The position numbers and the translations under genes are program-made. The notes below the pieces were generated by a model. It did no database searches. It saw only the letters and a list, made by a program, of their open reading frames with translations, and was not told the origin of the DNA. From Candidatus Woesearchaeota archaeon CG1_02_57_44 (GTDB lineage Archaea > Nanobdellota > Nanobdellia > Woesearchaeales > CG1-02-57-44), in assembly GCA_001871415.1 (NCBI GenBank), contig MNWW01000069.1, forward strand, positions 1 through 44,206: a stretch of DNA of 44,206 nt, given 5' to 3'. This document shows positions 19,199 through 29,220 of this stretch, one piece after another. How positions within the stretch are numbered: the stretch's first letter is position 1; each line of letters starts with the position of its first letter.

Positions 19199-19984
19199 AT
19201 GGACAATCGCGTGGTGGTCAAGCTGGGCTCGGATGTGACGACCGACCAGCATCTGGAAAGCCTGCTCGAAGACATCAGCCGGCTGCGGGACAGCTACGAG
19301 TTCCTGGTGGTCAGCTCCGGGGCAGGCAAGAGAGGAAAGATCAATGGCGATAGGACGGACGAGCCATTGCCTTCAAGGCAGGCGCGATGTGCAGTCGGCC
19401 AGATAGACCTGATGCACGCATACCAGCAGGCCGCCGCACCGTATGGGATGCACGTGGCGCAGGTGCTGCTGACGCCGGAGGACTTCAGCCCCTGGTGGAC
19501 GCTGCTTCCCCCTATCCGCAGAAGGCGCGACAATATGTTCAGTACCCTGGAGACCCTGCTTAACAAGCAGGTGCTGCCGATCATCAATGAGAATGACACG
19601 GTGGCGACTGCCGAGATTCAGTTCGGGGATAATGACATCCTTGGCGCGCTGGTGGCAAGGGGCATGCAAGCGAGGCAGTACATCATGCTCTCCACGGCGA
19701 ATGGCTTTCAGAAGCACGGCAGACATGTCAGTATGGTGGACTATGGCAACATCCGCCCGCTCTACCAGTATGTCAGCGGCGAGCATAGTGAGAACGGTAC
19801 AGGTGGCATGAGAAGCAAGCTGGACGCAGCGAGATTGGTGACCAGGCACGGCATGACCGCGACCATCGCGAGCGGCAATGAGCCGCACGTGCTGGCGCGA
19901 CTGCTGGAAGGCCACAGAGGAGGATTAGGTGAAGCATATGGACACGTGATGAGCACACGATTCCTCCCACGGCCGCGCTATTGA
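19199..19984 (+). CDS. proB: Glutamate 5-kinase (no PUA domain)
   Basis: VVVKLGS, VVSSGA, AVGQ, AQVLLT, PIINENDTV, FGDND, GTGGMRSKL; TTTATAAA at 19168-19175. Confidence 0.93.
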   Translation: MDNRVVVKLGSDVTTDQHLESLLEDISRLRDSYEFLVVSSGAGKRGKINGDRTDEPLPSRQARCAVGQIDLMHAYQQAAAPYGMHVAQVLLTPEDFSPWWTLLPPIRRRRDNMFSTLETLLNKQVLPIINENDTVATAEIQFGDNDILGALVARGMQARQYIMLSTANGFQKHGRHVSMVDYGNIRPLYQYVSGEHSENGTGGMRSKLDAARLVTRHGMTATIASGNEPHVLARLLEGHRGGLGEAYGHVMSTRFLPRPRY

Positions 19985-20060
19985 GCAGGAGCTACCAAGC
20001 AGAAGATTCATAAACCAGAGTGAAAAAATCAAGCAATAATCAGAACAACATGAGTGAATC

Positions 20061-20134
20061 GGGGCTGTAGTGTAACTTGGTTATCACCGGCGGTTCGGGG
20101 CCGCCTGATCGGGGTTCAAATCCTCGCAGCCCCA
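20061..20134 (+). tRNA. tRNA-Pro(CGG)
   Basis: Acceptor stem GGGGCTG/CAGCCCC with discriminator A; anticodon arm GGCGG-TTCGGGG-CCGCC; T-loop GGTTCAAATCC; CCA not encoded. Confidence 0.95.
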
Positions 20135-20207
20135 TGTTTTCCAATTCCTATTGAATCATATTGAAACTGCCAGACCCAGGAGATCATTACAGCGCAAGGT
20201 GATAATA

Positions 20208-20369
20208 ATGGTAGCTAAGAACAGACGTACAAGTACAGAACTGAAAGTTCTTGATGATGAAGGTGAATTGAATGAACAGACAATAAGAGATATCGAGTCC
20301 GCCAGAGAAGAGTTCAGAGAAGGCAAAACTATTTCTCACGCCAAGCTAAAAAAAGAGCTTGGTTTCTGA
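20208..20369 (+). CDS. Small antitoxin-like protein
   Basis: SD AGGTGA; ELNEQTIRDIESAREEFREGKTISHAKLKKELG resembles the C-termini of archaeal RelB-type antitoxins. Confidence 0.6.
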   Translation: MVAKNRRTSTELKVLDDEGELNEQTIRDIESAREEFREGKTISHAKLKKELGF

Positions 20370-20436
20370 ACCAGTACTTGCACTCAACCCAACATCCCAC
20401 CATACCTTTATAACAACAGGCCCATTTTGACCCCTC

Positions 20437-21567
20437 ATGCCAGAGCAGCCACAGCCAACCAACCCAGCGTTCGCGTCATTGGGACTGCGAAAAGACATAG
20501 TAGCCGCGCTTAGAGTAAACAATCGCATCAACCCCATCGACGTGCAGCAGGCAGTCATCCCGCTGGCCCTCCAGAAGAAGAACATCGTCTTCACAGCGCG
20601 CACCGGCAGCGGCAAGACCCTCGCGTTTCTGCTCGGATACCTCGGAAGCATCAATCCCAAGCTGGGGCTGCAGATGCTCATCATCGTACCGACACGGGAG
20701 CTGTGCATCCAGGTGGGCAAGGAATGCGCCACTATCGCTGATCCCTTAGGCATCAGGGTCGGCACGCTCTATGGCGGAAGGCCCATCGGCGGCGACTACA
20801 GGACGACCAAGAAGAAGATACAGATTCTGGTCGGAACGCCCGGCAGGCTCGTGCAGCACATCAATGAGAAACATATCAAGCCCGGCGAAGTCAAGTATCT
20901 GGTCTTTGATGAATCAGATCAGATGTTCGATGACGGTTTCGCCGAGGAGTGCGCCTACATCGCAGAGCGCTGCAACAAGTATGTCCAGATGGTGCTCGCG
21001 TCAGCGACCATCACAGAGAAAGTGAAGGACTTCATCAAGACCGTGATACCCACGCATGAGCTTTTGCAAGTGGGGGAACTGATTCCAGAGAATATTACGC
21101 AGGAAAAGCTGTACTGCAGCAAGGAGGACAAACCGGATATTGTCCTGCGTTTCCTGACCAAACAAAAAATCCGCCGAGCGCTGGTATTCTGCAATACCAA
21201 GGTCAAGTGCACAGAGTTGGCATCATTTCTGGCGGCCAATAACATCTACACCTATCAGCTCTCATCCAGCCTGGACCAGAAAGGCAGGATAAATACGCTC
21301 AACCTATTCAAGGACGGCAAGATTCGCGTCCTGGTCGCGACCGACATGGCAGCCCGTGGCCTGCATATGCTCAATGTGGACTGTATCATCAATTATGATC
21401 TGCCTACTAGGCAGGAGTTCTACATCCACAGGATTGGCAGGACAGGGCGTGACAACAAGCCAGGCAGAAGTCTGTCGCTGGTATGCCCGGAGGATGTCGA
21501 GCGCATGAGACAGCTGGAAGAGATCTACAAGCTTAACATTCAGCTTATGCCCTGGGACGATAATTAG
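20437..21567 (+). CDS. DEAD-box RNA helicase (DESD variant)
   Basis: Q motif, [36 protein letters not shown]. Confidence 0.93.
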   Translation: MPEQPQPTNPAFASLGLRKDIVAALRVNNRINPIDVQQAVIPLALQKKNIVFTARTGSGKTLAFLLGYLGSINPKLGLQMLIIVPTRELCIQVGKECATIADPLGIRVGTLYGGRPIGGDYRTTKKKIQILVGTPGRLVQHINEKHIKPGEVKYLVFDESDQMFDDGFAEECAYIAERCNKYVQMVLASATITEKVKDFIKTVIPTHELLQVGELIPENITQEKLYCSKEDKPDIVLRFLTKQKIRRALVFCNTKVKCTELASFLAANNIYTYQLSSSLDQKGRINTLNLFKDGKIRVLVATDMAARGLHMLNVDCIINYDLPTRQEFYIHRIGRTGRDNKPGRSLSLVCPEDVERMRQLEEIYKLNIQLMPWDDN

Positions 21568-22954
21568 AACCCCTGGGGCGCGCGCCACCGCGCGATCCTT
21601 GGCTTCTACCAGCGCTGCTACGCAATGGCGGCTTGCCAGCGCCGCGACCGCCTGACGATGACCGTGGCCCATCGCGCCGGAAACCTCCGCTACTGCCCCG
21701 CGTGGGTGCGCGTCCACCACTCGGTCGACCGCCGCCATAACTGCTCCGATTACTATCACTTCTGCGCACGAACGGCCGCTTCGGTGGGGGCCTTGCTTCA
21801 GCCCCGCGCGCCATGCGCGCGCGTTCTGAATGGTACTGATGCTCGGCGACAGGGATGTCCTGGCGGATGAGTTTCTCTATATCGCGCAGGTAGTCGCGCT
21901 CGTCCGCGGCGCAAAAGGAAAATGCGGTTCCTTCAGCACCGGCGCGCGCGGTCCTGCCAATGCGATGCACATAAGATTCTGACTCATTGGGAAGGTCATA
22001 GTTGATGACGTGCGAGATATCCTCGATGTCAATGCCACGAGCAGCGATATCTGTCGCCACCAGCACTTTGATGCGTCCGGCCTTGAAGTCCTGAAGAGTC
22101 TTGGTGCGCTGGTTCTGGGTCTTGTTACCATGGATGGCGTCCGCGCGGAAGCGGTTTTGCGAGAGCATCTTGGCGACCTTGTTGGCCCGATGCTTGGTCC
22201 TGGTGAAGACCAGCACGCAGCTCAGATGCTTCTGATCGAGCAATTCAAGCAGCAGGTCATCCTTGCGAGGGGTGTCCACAAAAAAAACCTTTTGCTCCAC
22301 CCGTTCCACGGTCGTGGCCTGCGGCGCTACTTCAACACGGGCCGGTTTCTGCAGCAGGGTGTGCGCAAGCTGCGTCACCTCCCGTGACATGGTGGCTGAG
22401 AACAGCAAGGTCTGCCGCTGCTTTGGAACCGCAGTGGCGATGCGTCGCACATCAGGGATAAAGCCCATGTCCAGCATCCTGTCCGCTTCATCCAGGACAA
22501 AGAACTCGACATGACCCAGGTGCACATGTCCCTGCTCCATCAAGTCAAGCAGCCTTCCGGGAGTCGCGACCAGTATGTCAATGCCTCGGTTGAGCTCGCG
22601 GACTTGCGGCACCTGACTGACACCACCAAAGACGACGGTGTGGCGAAAACGAAGGAATCTTCCATAAGCGGCGAAACTCTCCCCTATCTGGGCTGCAAGC
22701 TCGCGCGTCGGAGCGAGGACCAGGCAGCGCGGAGTCCCTCTGGGCAATATCTTACGCTGCGCGGTCATGCGCTGCAATATGGGCAGGACGAACGCCGCAG
22801 TCTTGCCCGTGCCAGTCTGGGCGATGCCGATGATGTCTTTTCCCTCGAGTAGCAAGGGGATGGCCTGCTCCTGGATGGGCGTCGGAGTGGTATAGCCCTC
22901 TTTGGTTATGGCCTGCTGCAAAGATTCAATAAGCTTCATAGGGGCAAATGACAT
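21545..22954 (-). CDS. RhlE-like DEAD-box RNA helicase with R/G-rich tail
   Basis: [56 protein letters not shown]. Confidence 0.95.
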   Translation of the reverse strand: MSFAPMKLIESLQQAITKEGYTTPTPIQEQAIPLLLEGKDIIGIAQTGTGKTAAFVLPILQRMTAQRKILPRGTPRCLVLAPTRELAAQIGESFAAYGRFLRFRHTVVFGGVSQVPQVRELNRGIDILVATPGRLLDLMEQGHVHLGHVEFFVLDEADRMLDMGFIPDVRRIATAVPKQRQTLLFSATMSREVTQLAHTLLQKPARVEVAPQATTVERVEQKVFFVDTPRKDDLLLELLDQKHLSCVLVFTRTKHRANKVAKMLSQNRFRADAIHGNKTQNQRTKTLQDFKAGRIKVLVATDIAARGIDIEDISHVINYDLPNESESYVHRIGRTARAGAEGTAFSFCAADERDYLRDIEKLIRQDIPVAEHQYHSERARMARGAEARPPPKRPFVRRSDSNRSSYGGGRPSGGRAPTRGSSGGFRRDGPRSSSGGRGAGKPPLRSSAGRSQGSRGGARPRGSNYRPRA

Positions 22955-23118
22955 GGTGGTACCTCAAGTGGCGCCAACATGCGTATAATAGCCGCGCCAC
23001 GCTCTAAGTATCCCAAAAAACCAGCGCTCCTATATAAGGGTGCACCATAAAAGAACAGGGGACTTGCACCTCCTGTCGTGGCAACGCATATATACACAGA
23101 GCCGATTTCAAGTTCACT

Positions 23119-23622
23119 ATGCAAAAGGTCACCTTGCGGCGTCAGCGTATGTCAGACGCAAAGCGCTTCTATGAGATACTCTCCAGCCCAAGATTCATCT
23201 ATTTTAACCGCCCAACGAGTCTGCAGGACGAGATAACCTTTCTCAGTCTGAATAAGGAAAAGCAGCGACAGAACTTCGAGCATAGTTTCACCATTCTGCT
23301 CCAAGGCGCCATAGTAGGTGGTTGCGGTGTCAAGATTGACCAGCACAGGCCATTCATAGGCGAATTAGGCTATTTTATTGACGAACAGCACTGGGGCAGG
23401 GGAATCGCTTCTGAGGCAATAGCACTGCTGGAGCCCTTCACGTTTGAGAGACTCGAGTTGGAGCGCCTGACCATCATGACCCACACGAAGAACATCGCAA
23501 GCCAGAGGGTGGCCGTAAAGAGCGGCTTTTCACGCGAAGGTATGCTTAAAAAAGCGATTGCCATTGAAAATAAGCTGCATGACGCGTACCTGTACGCGAA
23601 AATCCAGCAGCAGCGACCATAG
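23119..23622 (+). CDS. RimJ/RimL-type GNAT acetyltransferase
   Basis: ELGYFI..HWGRGIA, NIASQRVAVKSGFSREG. Confidence 0.92.
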   Translation: MQKVTLRRQRMSDAKRFYEILSSPRFIYFNRPTSLQDEITFLSLNKEKQRQNFEHSFTILLQGAIVGGCGVKIDQHRPFIGELGYFIDEQHWGRGIASEAIALLEPFTFERLELERLTIMTHTKNIASQRVAVKSGFSREGMLKKAIAIENKLHDAYLYAKIQQQRP

Positions 23623-23744
23623 AAACCACACGCTCTCCTTTCAGGGAAGTACCAGCGCTGCACATAGGCAATAATAGAAAAGTTTTTATAGGTAACACTC
23701 CAGAGTCAAAATAGGTCATTATTAAGTTCACGGGGTGTCGTTTC

Positions 23745-24440
23745 ATGGGAAAGAAAGCAGAAATGGGCATGGGAACGCTAATCATCTTCATCGCGATGAT
23801 TCTTGTGGCAGCAGTAGCGGCAAAAGTCCTTTTGAGCACCACTGGCTCATTGCAGAACAAGGCCCTGTCCACAGGAAAGTCCACGACCCAGGAAGTGGGA
23901 ACATCCCTGAAGACCGTTGAGATCTACGGTGAAGATGGAACAGACCAGCAGATAGATTACATATATGACACTGTGAAACTGAACAGCGGGTCGGATCAGC
24001 TACGCCTGCAGGACATGTTGCTTGTCTTGGCCCTGAAAGATGGCGCAACACCATATACCCTTTGACAGCACCATCCGTTGTGATAATGTGACCTACACCT
24101 ACAATTACACAGAGAATGGGACGGACCCAGCAGAAACATGCGTTATTCCAGGATGTATTGATGTGAATGTCACACCCTTGAATGACCACTACTATAATCA
24201 CATGACCACTACTATAATCACACCCGCTATGGCATGCAATACCAGATTACGGGCGGCAACAATAGGAGCGGGTATATGACCAAAGGTGACGTCCTCCAGC
24301 TGTGCCTGATGGCCACACGGCAGATAAATGAGAGCGAGAATATCAAGATTGACCTAATCCCAGCTGTTGGAGCATCGCATACTGTCGTTGGAAACATTCC
24401 ACAGTTGATAAAGGAGACAAGGGTCAATATTTATCCATGA
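23745..24440 (+). pseudogene. flaB: Archaellin (archaeal flagellin) disrupted by two frameshifts
   Basis: MGKKA|EMGMGTLIIFIAMILVAAVAA N-terminus. Removing one C at 24058-24060 and one copy of the 20-bp duplication at 24182-24221 restores a single ORF ending RVNIYP*. Confidence 0.82.
24182..24221 (+). repeat. Perfect 20-bp tandem duplication
   Basis: ATGACCACTACTATAATCAC x2. Confidence 0.95.
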
Positions 24441-24576
24441 GCAAACAAAGTACAAGCACAGGGAATATCAGCACCTGTGCAGCATTTTCTTTTCTTGAAA
24501 GCCGTTACTAATCACTGTTCAGAAACAAGAAAGTGTGCATTGCAGCGGCCCTGGGACAAAGAACCTGATTAGTTAC

Positions 24577-25389
24577 CTAGCACTTATTATCTGGACAAGG
24601 CCAGAGCGTGCGCTTCCATCCTGAAGAGGTCTTATCCAACACGGTAAGGGGAAATCTCTGATGATAAGCCACATTGCACCCGAGAAAACTATCATATTGC
24701 CTGCCAAAAGGCCAATGCCGATGCCCCCATAAGGCCAGCGTGATACCCGGCTCTTTCTCGTACCAGGCCCCGTAGGAAGCGCTGCCCATGACAGCGTCAT
24801 GCAACTGAAGCTCATAGTCTCCAAGGTGACTGAGCCCTGACACGAGGGGGATATAATGGGTCACCGCGACACAATCATCGCACTCAATACGGGCAAAATC
24901 ATCTCGCATCTTATCAAGGCATTTGGCTGCAAGCACAGAGTCAGGTGCGTTCCAGCGAGCATGTCTGCGCTCTCCCAGGTCGTACGCGCAACGATTAAGC
25001 TCAGTCAGGGTATAACCCTTATCTGCGACAAGACTGGAATCATACCACCCATGACAACCTACGAATCCGACGCCGTCATGCACATAGGGAGCGTTGTCAA
25101 GGCAGTGTACGCCATTATCGGGAAATAGCCCGGTAAGGCGTTGAAGCGCACATTCTCCACCACCCTGGAGGCGCAGATCATGATTGCCCAGGACGGCCAA
25201 CACCGGGACATCAATCTCAGAATAGAAGCGAAGCCGCTCAAGCAGCCCATGACGGGGATTTGGCATCCAGTTAAACAAGTCGCCCGCTATGACCAAAACA
25301 TCAGGCTCCGCATCCAGAAGCGTGGCATCAATTCTGCTGTTCCATGCCCCCAAGGGAGCATGTAGATCACTGGTGGCCGCGATGCGCAT
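24577..25389 (-). CDS. Calcineurin-like metallophosphoesterase
   Basis: SDLH, AGDL, GNHD, VTH, GHRH motifs. Confidence 0.92.
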   Translation of the reverse strand: MRIAATSDLHAPLGAWNSRIDATLLDAEPDVLVIAGDLFNWMPNPRHGLLERLRFYSEIDVPVLAVLGNHDLRLQGGGECALQRLTGLFPDNGVHCLDNAPYVHDGVGFVGCHGWYDSSLVADKGYTLTELNRCAYDLGERRHARWNAPDSVLAAKCLDKMRDDFARIECDDCVAVTHYIPLVSGLSHLGDYELQLHDAVMGSASYGAWYEKEPGITLALWGHRHWPFGRQYDSFLGCNVAYHQRFPLTVLDKTSSGWKRTLWPCPDNKC

Positions 25390-25486
25390 GACAACCGGAA
25401 ATCATAGGGTCATCATAAGTTATTCGAAAGCGTGGACAAGCAAGAACACCAAGAAACTGCAATATAGACACATAACAGTATGCCAT

Positions 25487-25630
25487 TCACTTCTTCTTGA
25501 CTTCAGTGAGGGAGAAGACCTTGTTGCAGTCTTCGCAGTAGAAATTCTTCTTGCGCACACTGGTGGGGCACACTATCTCGCCGCATTCAGGGCATAGATG
25601 CTTGACCGCCTCCTTCTTCTCAGCCATCAT
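25487..25630 (-). CDS. Small CPxCG-type zinc-ribbon protein (47 aa; absent from the ORF track)
   Basis: MMAEKKEAVKHLCPECGEIVCPTSVRKKNFYCEDCNKVFSLTEVKKK*; TTAAATA about 25 nt upstream on the minus strand. Confidence 0.8.
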   Translation of the reverse strand: MMAEKKEAVKHLCPECGEIVCPTSVRKKNFYCEDCNKVFSLTEVKKK

Positions 25631-25783
25631 GTCCCTAGGGAGTGGTAGTAGTATTTAAGGTTTGTGTAATTCGGAACAAAAGTGCGAAATTCATGTCAGA
25701 CTCAAACACCCGCGAAAGCGCCAGAACAACGCATCAGCGCGAGTAGTGCTGGAAATTAGCTCACTTACAAACCGAACCAGACA

Positions 25784-28159
25784 TCATAGCTCAACACCAA
25801 GCTCCCCCGTGGCAACAGCAGCAGCGCCGTGCGCGCTCTGCAGCTCACGACCCGCGGCGCTCAGCTTCTCAGGGATGACCAGTTTCGTGATGCCGTCGCG
25901 AAGACCCCTGCCCGCGTCCTTCTTGCTCTTCCAGACCATGCTGTTGAGCTCTGCGATGTCAGCCGCAGAGAAGTCCACCGCAGTCACATCTTGAGCTTCA
26001 GGGAATGCGAGCGCATGCACATCCGAACCACAAAGTTCGGTGTACAATTTCGCCGTGATGAACGGAACTACTGGCGCGAGCAATGCGAGCAACTGCTCTA
26101 TGACCCAGTGCAGGGTGTGTATCGCGCCCTGCTGTTCAGCAGCAGTGAAACTCGCATCGCTGTTGTACGTGCGGTTCTTGACCAGCTCAAGGTAGTGGCT
26201 GGCGAAGGTCTCCCAAAGGAAATGCTTGATTTGCTGAGAAGGATTATGGAAATCATACTTCTCATAGCGCTCGCGAGCCAGGGCGATGAGCGCGTTGGTC
26301 TCGCCGACTATCCAGTTGTCCAAAGGCGTGAGCTCATAGCCAACAGCGGAATCCACATCGAACTGTGATACGAATCGCACCACATTCCACAGCTTGACAA
26401 GCGTCTTGCCAGCCCCGTCGATGCGCTCGCTGCTGCATCGGAAGTCGGTCTTCTCCAGGTTGCCTTCGATAGCGCACCAGAGCCGGAATGGCTCAGCGCC
26501 ATGCTGCTTGATTATCTCCATGGGATCGATGACATTGCCCAATGACTTGGACATTTTCTTTCCCTTGCCATCAAGGATATGATAATTTATCCAGGCATCT
26601 TTGAAGATGCACTTGCCGGTCAGCAGGTGGCATTTGAGCACGGTGTAATACAGCCAGGTGCGGATGATCTCCTTGCCTTGTGGCCGAAGCGAGCATCGTG
26701 GGTTCCTGTCATAAAACTCACTACCCCACTTGAGGATATAGAGTGGCGAGATGCTCGAATCAAACCAGGTATCAAAGACGCGATGCTCTCCAATAAAGTC
26801 CTTGCAGCCACAGGAGGGGCATGCATCAATCGGTGGCGCCTCTTTCCATGGCCGATAATACTTGCCCGCTGGCGGGAGGTATGGCTCTTGGCAATCCTTG
26901 CAATACCAGAGCGGAACTTCCGTGGCATAATACCTGCGCCGTGAGATGGGCCAGTCGATGCTGACGCTGTTGACCCAGTCGCTGTAGATCTGCCGGCTCT
27001 GCTCTGCGAAGAAGTTCATCTTCTCGCCAAGAGCGAGCATGGTGTCCTTCTTGTCTACCTGCTTAAGGTACCATTCCTCCATGGCGATGAACTCGATGGG
27101 CGTCTTGCTGCGCTCGCAGATGGGGGTACGATGCTGCACCTTGGCCTGACCGCGCAACAGGCCCTTGCTATCAAGCTCGGTCATCATTGCCTCGCGCGCC
27201 TCTTTTATCTTCTTGCCCTGAAGGAAGCCCGCGTGCTCATTCATCCTGCCGTCCTTGCCGATGGCGATGACCGGCTCAAGCCCCTCATCCCGAAAGAAGC
27301 GTATGTCGGAAAGATCGCCCGCAGAGCACATCATGACAAGTCCTGTCCCTTTCTCCGGGTCAGCCTGCGGGTGCGCCTTGATGAGAACCTCCTTGCCGAA
27401 CACTGGCGAGACAGCAGTTTTGCCGTCAAGGTGCTGGTAGCGCTCATCATTAGGATGATAGATGACCATGCCGCACGTGCACACCAGTTCAGGCCGTGTT
27501 GTGCCGATGATAAGCTCTTCGCCTGTCTCCTTGCACGTGAAGACAATATCATTGAAGGAACTGGGAAGATTCGCGTATTCCACTTCGCTGTCCGCAAGCG
27601 TGGTTTTGCAGTGCGGGCAGTAATTATTGATGCGGGCGTCCTTGTAGATGAGCCCTTTCTGGTAGAGATCAATGAACGTGGTCTGGGTGACGGCGCGATA
27701 GGACGCGCTGTCGGTCTTGTAGACTTCGCCGAGGCCGTCACCTTCATCATAGGAATTGAAGCTGATGCCCAGGCGCAAGAAGGTCTCGGTTGTGGCCGCA
27801 CTAGATTCCTCTAGCACTTTGCGACACATGCCGATGAACTCATCGCGAGAGATGGTGCTGGGATCGACCTTGAAACGCCGCTCGGCTTCCATCTCAATGG
27901 GAAGGCCGTTTCTATCCAAGCCTAGGGGAAAAAGCACCTGATAGCCCATCATGCGCCTGAAGCGCGCGAACATATCCATGAGCACATACGTTGTTGCCTG
28001 ACCGATGTGCACTGGCCTGTTGACGTACGGTGGCGGTGTATCGATGGAATAGACAGGCTTCTCAGAGGTTTCGTCAAAAGCATAGACCTTGCTCTCGCGC
28101 CAGGCAGCAGACAGTGGCTGCTCGAAATCCTTAGTCCAGCGTTTTTCCGTTATTCCCAT
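25784..28159 (-). CDS. valS: Valine--tRNA ligase (archaeal type)
   Basis: IDTPPPY, HIGQ, DWPISRRR, DTWFDS, RPQGKEIIRTW, KMSKS. Confidence 0.96.
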   Translation of the reverse strand: MGITEKRWTKDFEQPLSAAWRESKVYAFDETSEKPVYSIDTPPPYVNRPVHIGQATTYVLMDMFARFRRMMGYQVLFPLGLDRNGLPIEMEAERRFKVDPSTISRDEFIGMCRKVLEESSAATTETFLRLGISFNSYDEGDGLGEVYKTDSASYRAVTQTTFIDLYQKGLIYKDARINNYCPHCKTTLADSEVEYANLPSSFNDIVFTCKETGEELIIGTTRPELVCTCGMVIYHPNDERYQHLDGKTAVSPVFGKEVLIKAHPQADPEKGTGLVMMCSAGDLSDIRFFRDEGLEPVIAIGKDGRMNEHAGFLQGKKIKEAREAMMTELDSKGLLRGQAKVQHRTPICERSKTPIEFIAMEEWYLKQVDKKDTMLALGEKMNFFAEQSRQIYSDWVNSVSIDWPISRRRYYATEVPLWYCKDCQEPYLPPAGKYYRPWKEAPPIDACPSCGCKDFIGEHRVFDTWFDSSISPLYILKWGSEFYDRNPRCSLRPQGKEIIRTWLYYTVLKCHLLTGKCIFKDAWINYHILDGKGKKMSKSLGNVIDPMEIIKQHGAEPFRLWCAIEGNLEKTDFRCSSERIDGAGKTLVKLWNVVRFVSQFDVDSAVGYELTPLDNWIVGETNALIALARERYEKYDFHNPSQQIKHFLWETFASHYLELVKNRTYNSDASFTAAEQQGAIHTLHWVIEQLLALLAPVVPFITAKLYTELCGSDVHALAFPEAQDVTAVDFSAADIAELNSMVWKSKKDAGRGLRDGITKLVIPEKLSAAGRELQSAHGAAAVATGELGVEL

Positions 28160-28233
28160 TTTCTGTTAATCCCGCATTGACTCCCCGAGGCTGCCTGTAC
28201 TACCACATCGTCCACAAATTCCTGAGTCCTATA

Positions 28234-28269
28234 TAAAGATTGTTGCGAAAGTAAAGATTGTTGCGAAAG
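28234..28269. repeat. Perfect 18-bp tandem duplication in the valS promoter region
   Basis: TAAAGATTGTTGCGAAAG x2. Confidence 0.95.
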
Positions 28270-28380
28270 CCAGCGAAATCATGTGGCTACCGAGAACGTG
28301 ACCAGGACCTGCATCAACCGTCAGACACCAGTCAGACCATTGCCAATAGGATTAAATACGCGGTGATTCCTGCACCGATA

Positions 28381-29151
28381 ATGGCCGTCGCAAGCAAATC
28401 CGCCAGAACAGCAGATAGCCCCAAGCAGCAAAAGCGCCCGAAGAGCGCGGCACAGCATATAACCAAGAAAACAGCAGAGAGAACAGTCAGGGACACAACA
28501 GAGAACAAAGCAGGATGCATCATTCTTGCAAGGGGCGCTGAAGCAGTACTGACCAGATCAGGCAACACGATAATCAAACAACGCATCGCGAAATCCTATC
28601 GTTTGCCAGTCCTAGATCAGCAGCTCAGGAAGACCAGAACAAGACGAGAAGGCAAGGTGCTCGAAAAATTGGCTCAAGCACACATACCTGCCCCGCGTAT
28701 CATCACCTCCGACAATCAGGCAATGCGAGTCGATATGACCTTTCTGCGAGGCCCGCTGCTGCGCGACGCGCTCGATAGCGAGACTCCGGCAAAACAACGC
28801 GTCATGTGCAGGAAAGTGGGCGCGCTTGTCGCACGCATGCACGCGCAGGGCATCATGCACGCGGATCTGACGACCTCCAACATCATCATGGTGGACACCA
28901 AAGCAGACAGGAAGACCCCTAATCTGCAACCCCACCTCATCGATTTCGGCCTGTCCTTCTTCTCGCAAAAAATAGAGGACATGGCCGTGGACCTGCATCT
29001 GCTGCGCCAGGCTCTGGAGGCAGGCCATCATGACAGCTGGAAGCGTTGCTTTGCCGCTGTGCTGGATGGCTATCAAGGGGAAAAAACCGGCCAAGTCAAA
29101 GCACGTCTTGCTGTTGTCGAGCGCAGGGGAAGATACAAGGGTCATGTGTGA
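28381..29151 (+). CDS. bud32: KEOPS kinase Bud32
   Basis: RGAEA, KQRIAKSYR, HADLTTSN, IDFGL, EDMAVDL, VERRGRY. Confidence 0.95.
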   Translation: MAVASKSARTADSPKQQKRPKSAAQHITKKTAERTVRDTTENKAGCIILARGAEAVLTRSGNTIIKQRIAKSYRLPVLDQQLRKTRTRREGKVLEKLAQAHIPAPRIITSDNQAMRVDMTFLRGPLLRDALDSETPAKQRVMCRKVGALVARMHAQGIMHADLTTSNIIMVDTKADRKTPNLQPHLIDFGLSFFSQKIEDMAVDLHLLRQALEAGHHDSWKRCFAAVLDGYQGEKTGQVKARLAVVERRGRYKGHV

Positions 29152-29220
29152 TGAAAAAGCGCAGGATAACAGCAGTGAGAGACAGGAATTGAGACCAATA
29201 GACATCGAAAGTTCAGCGCA

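Noticed and set aside
25487..25630. RNA polymerase subunit Rpo12 (P)
   Set aside because: Cys spacing and C-terminus do not match the Rpo12 pattern (second knuckle CPxCG followed by ILxKxR)
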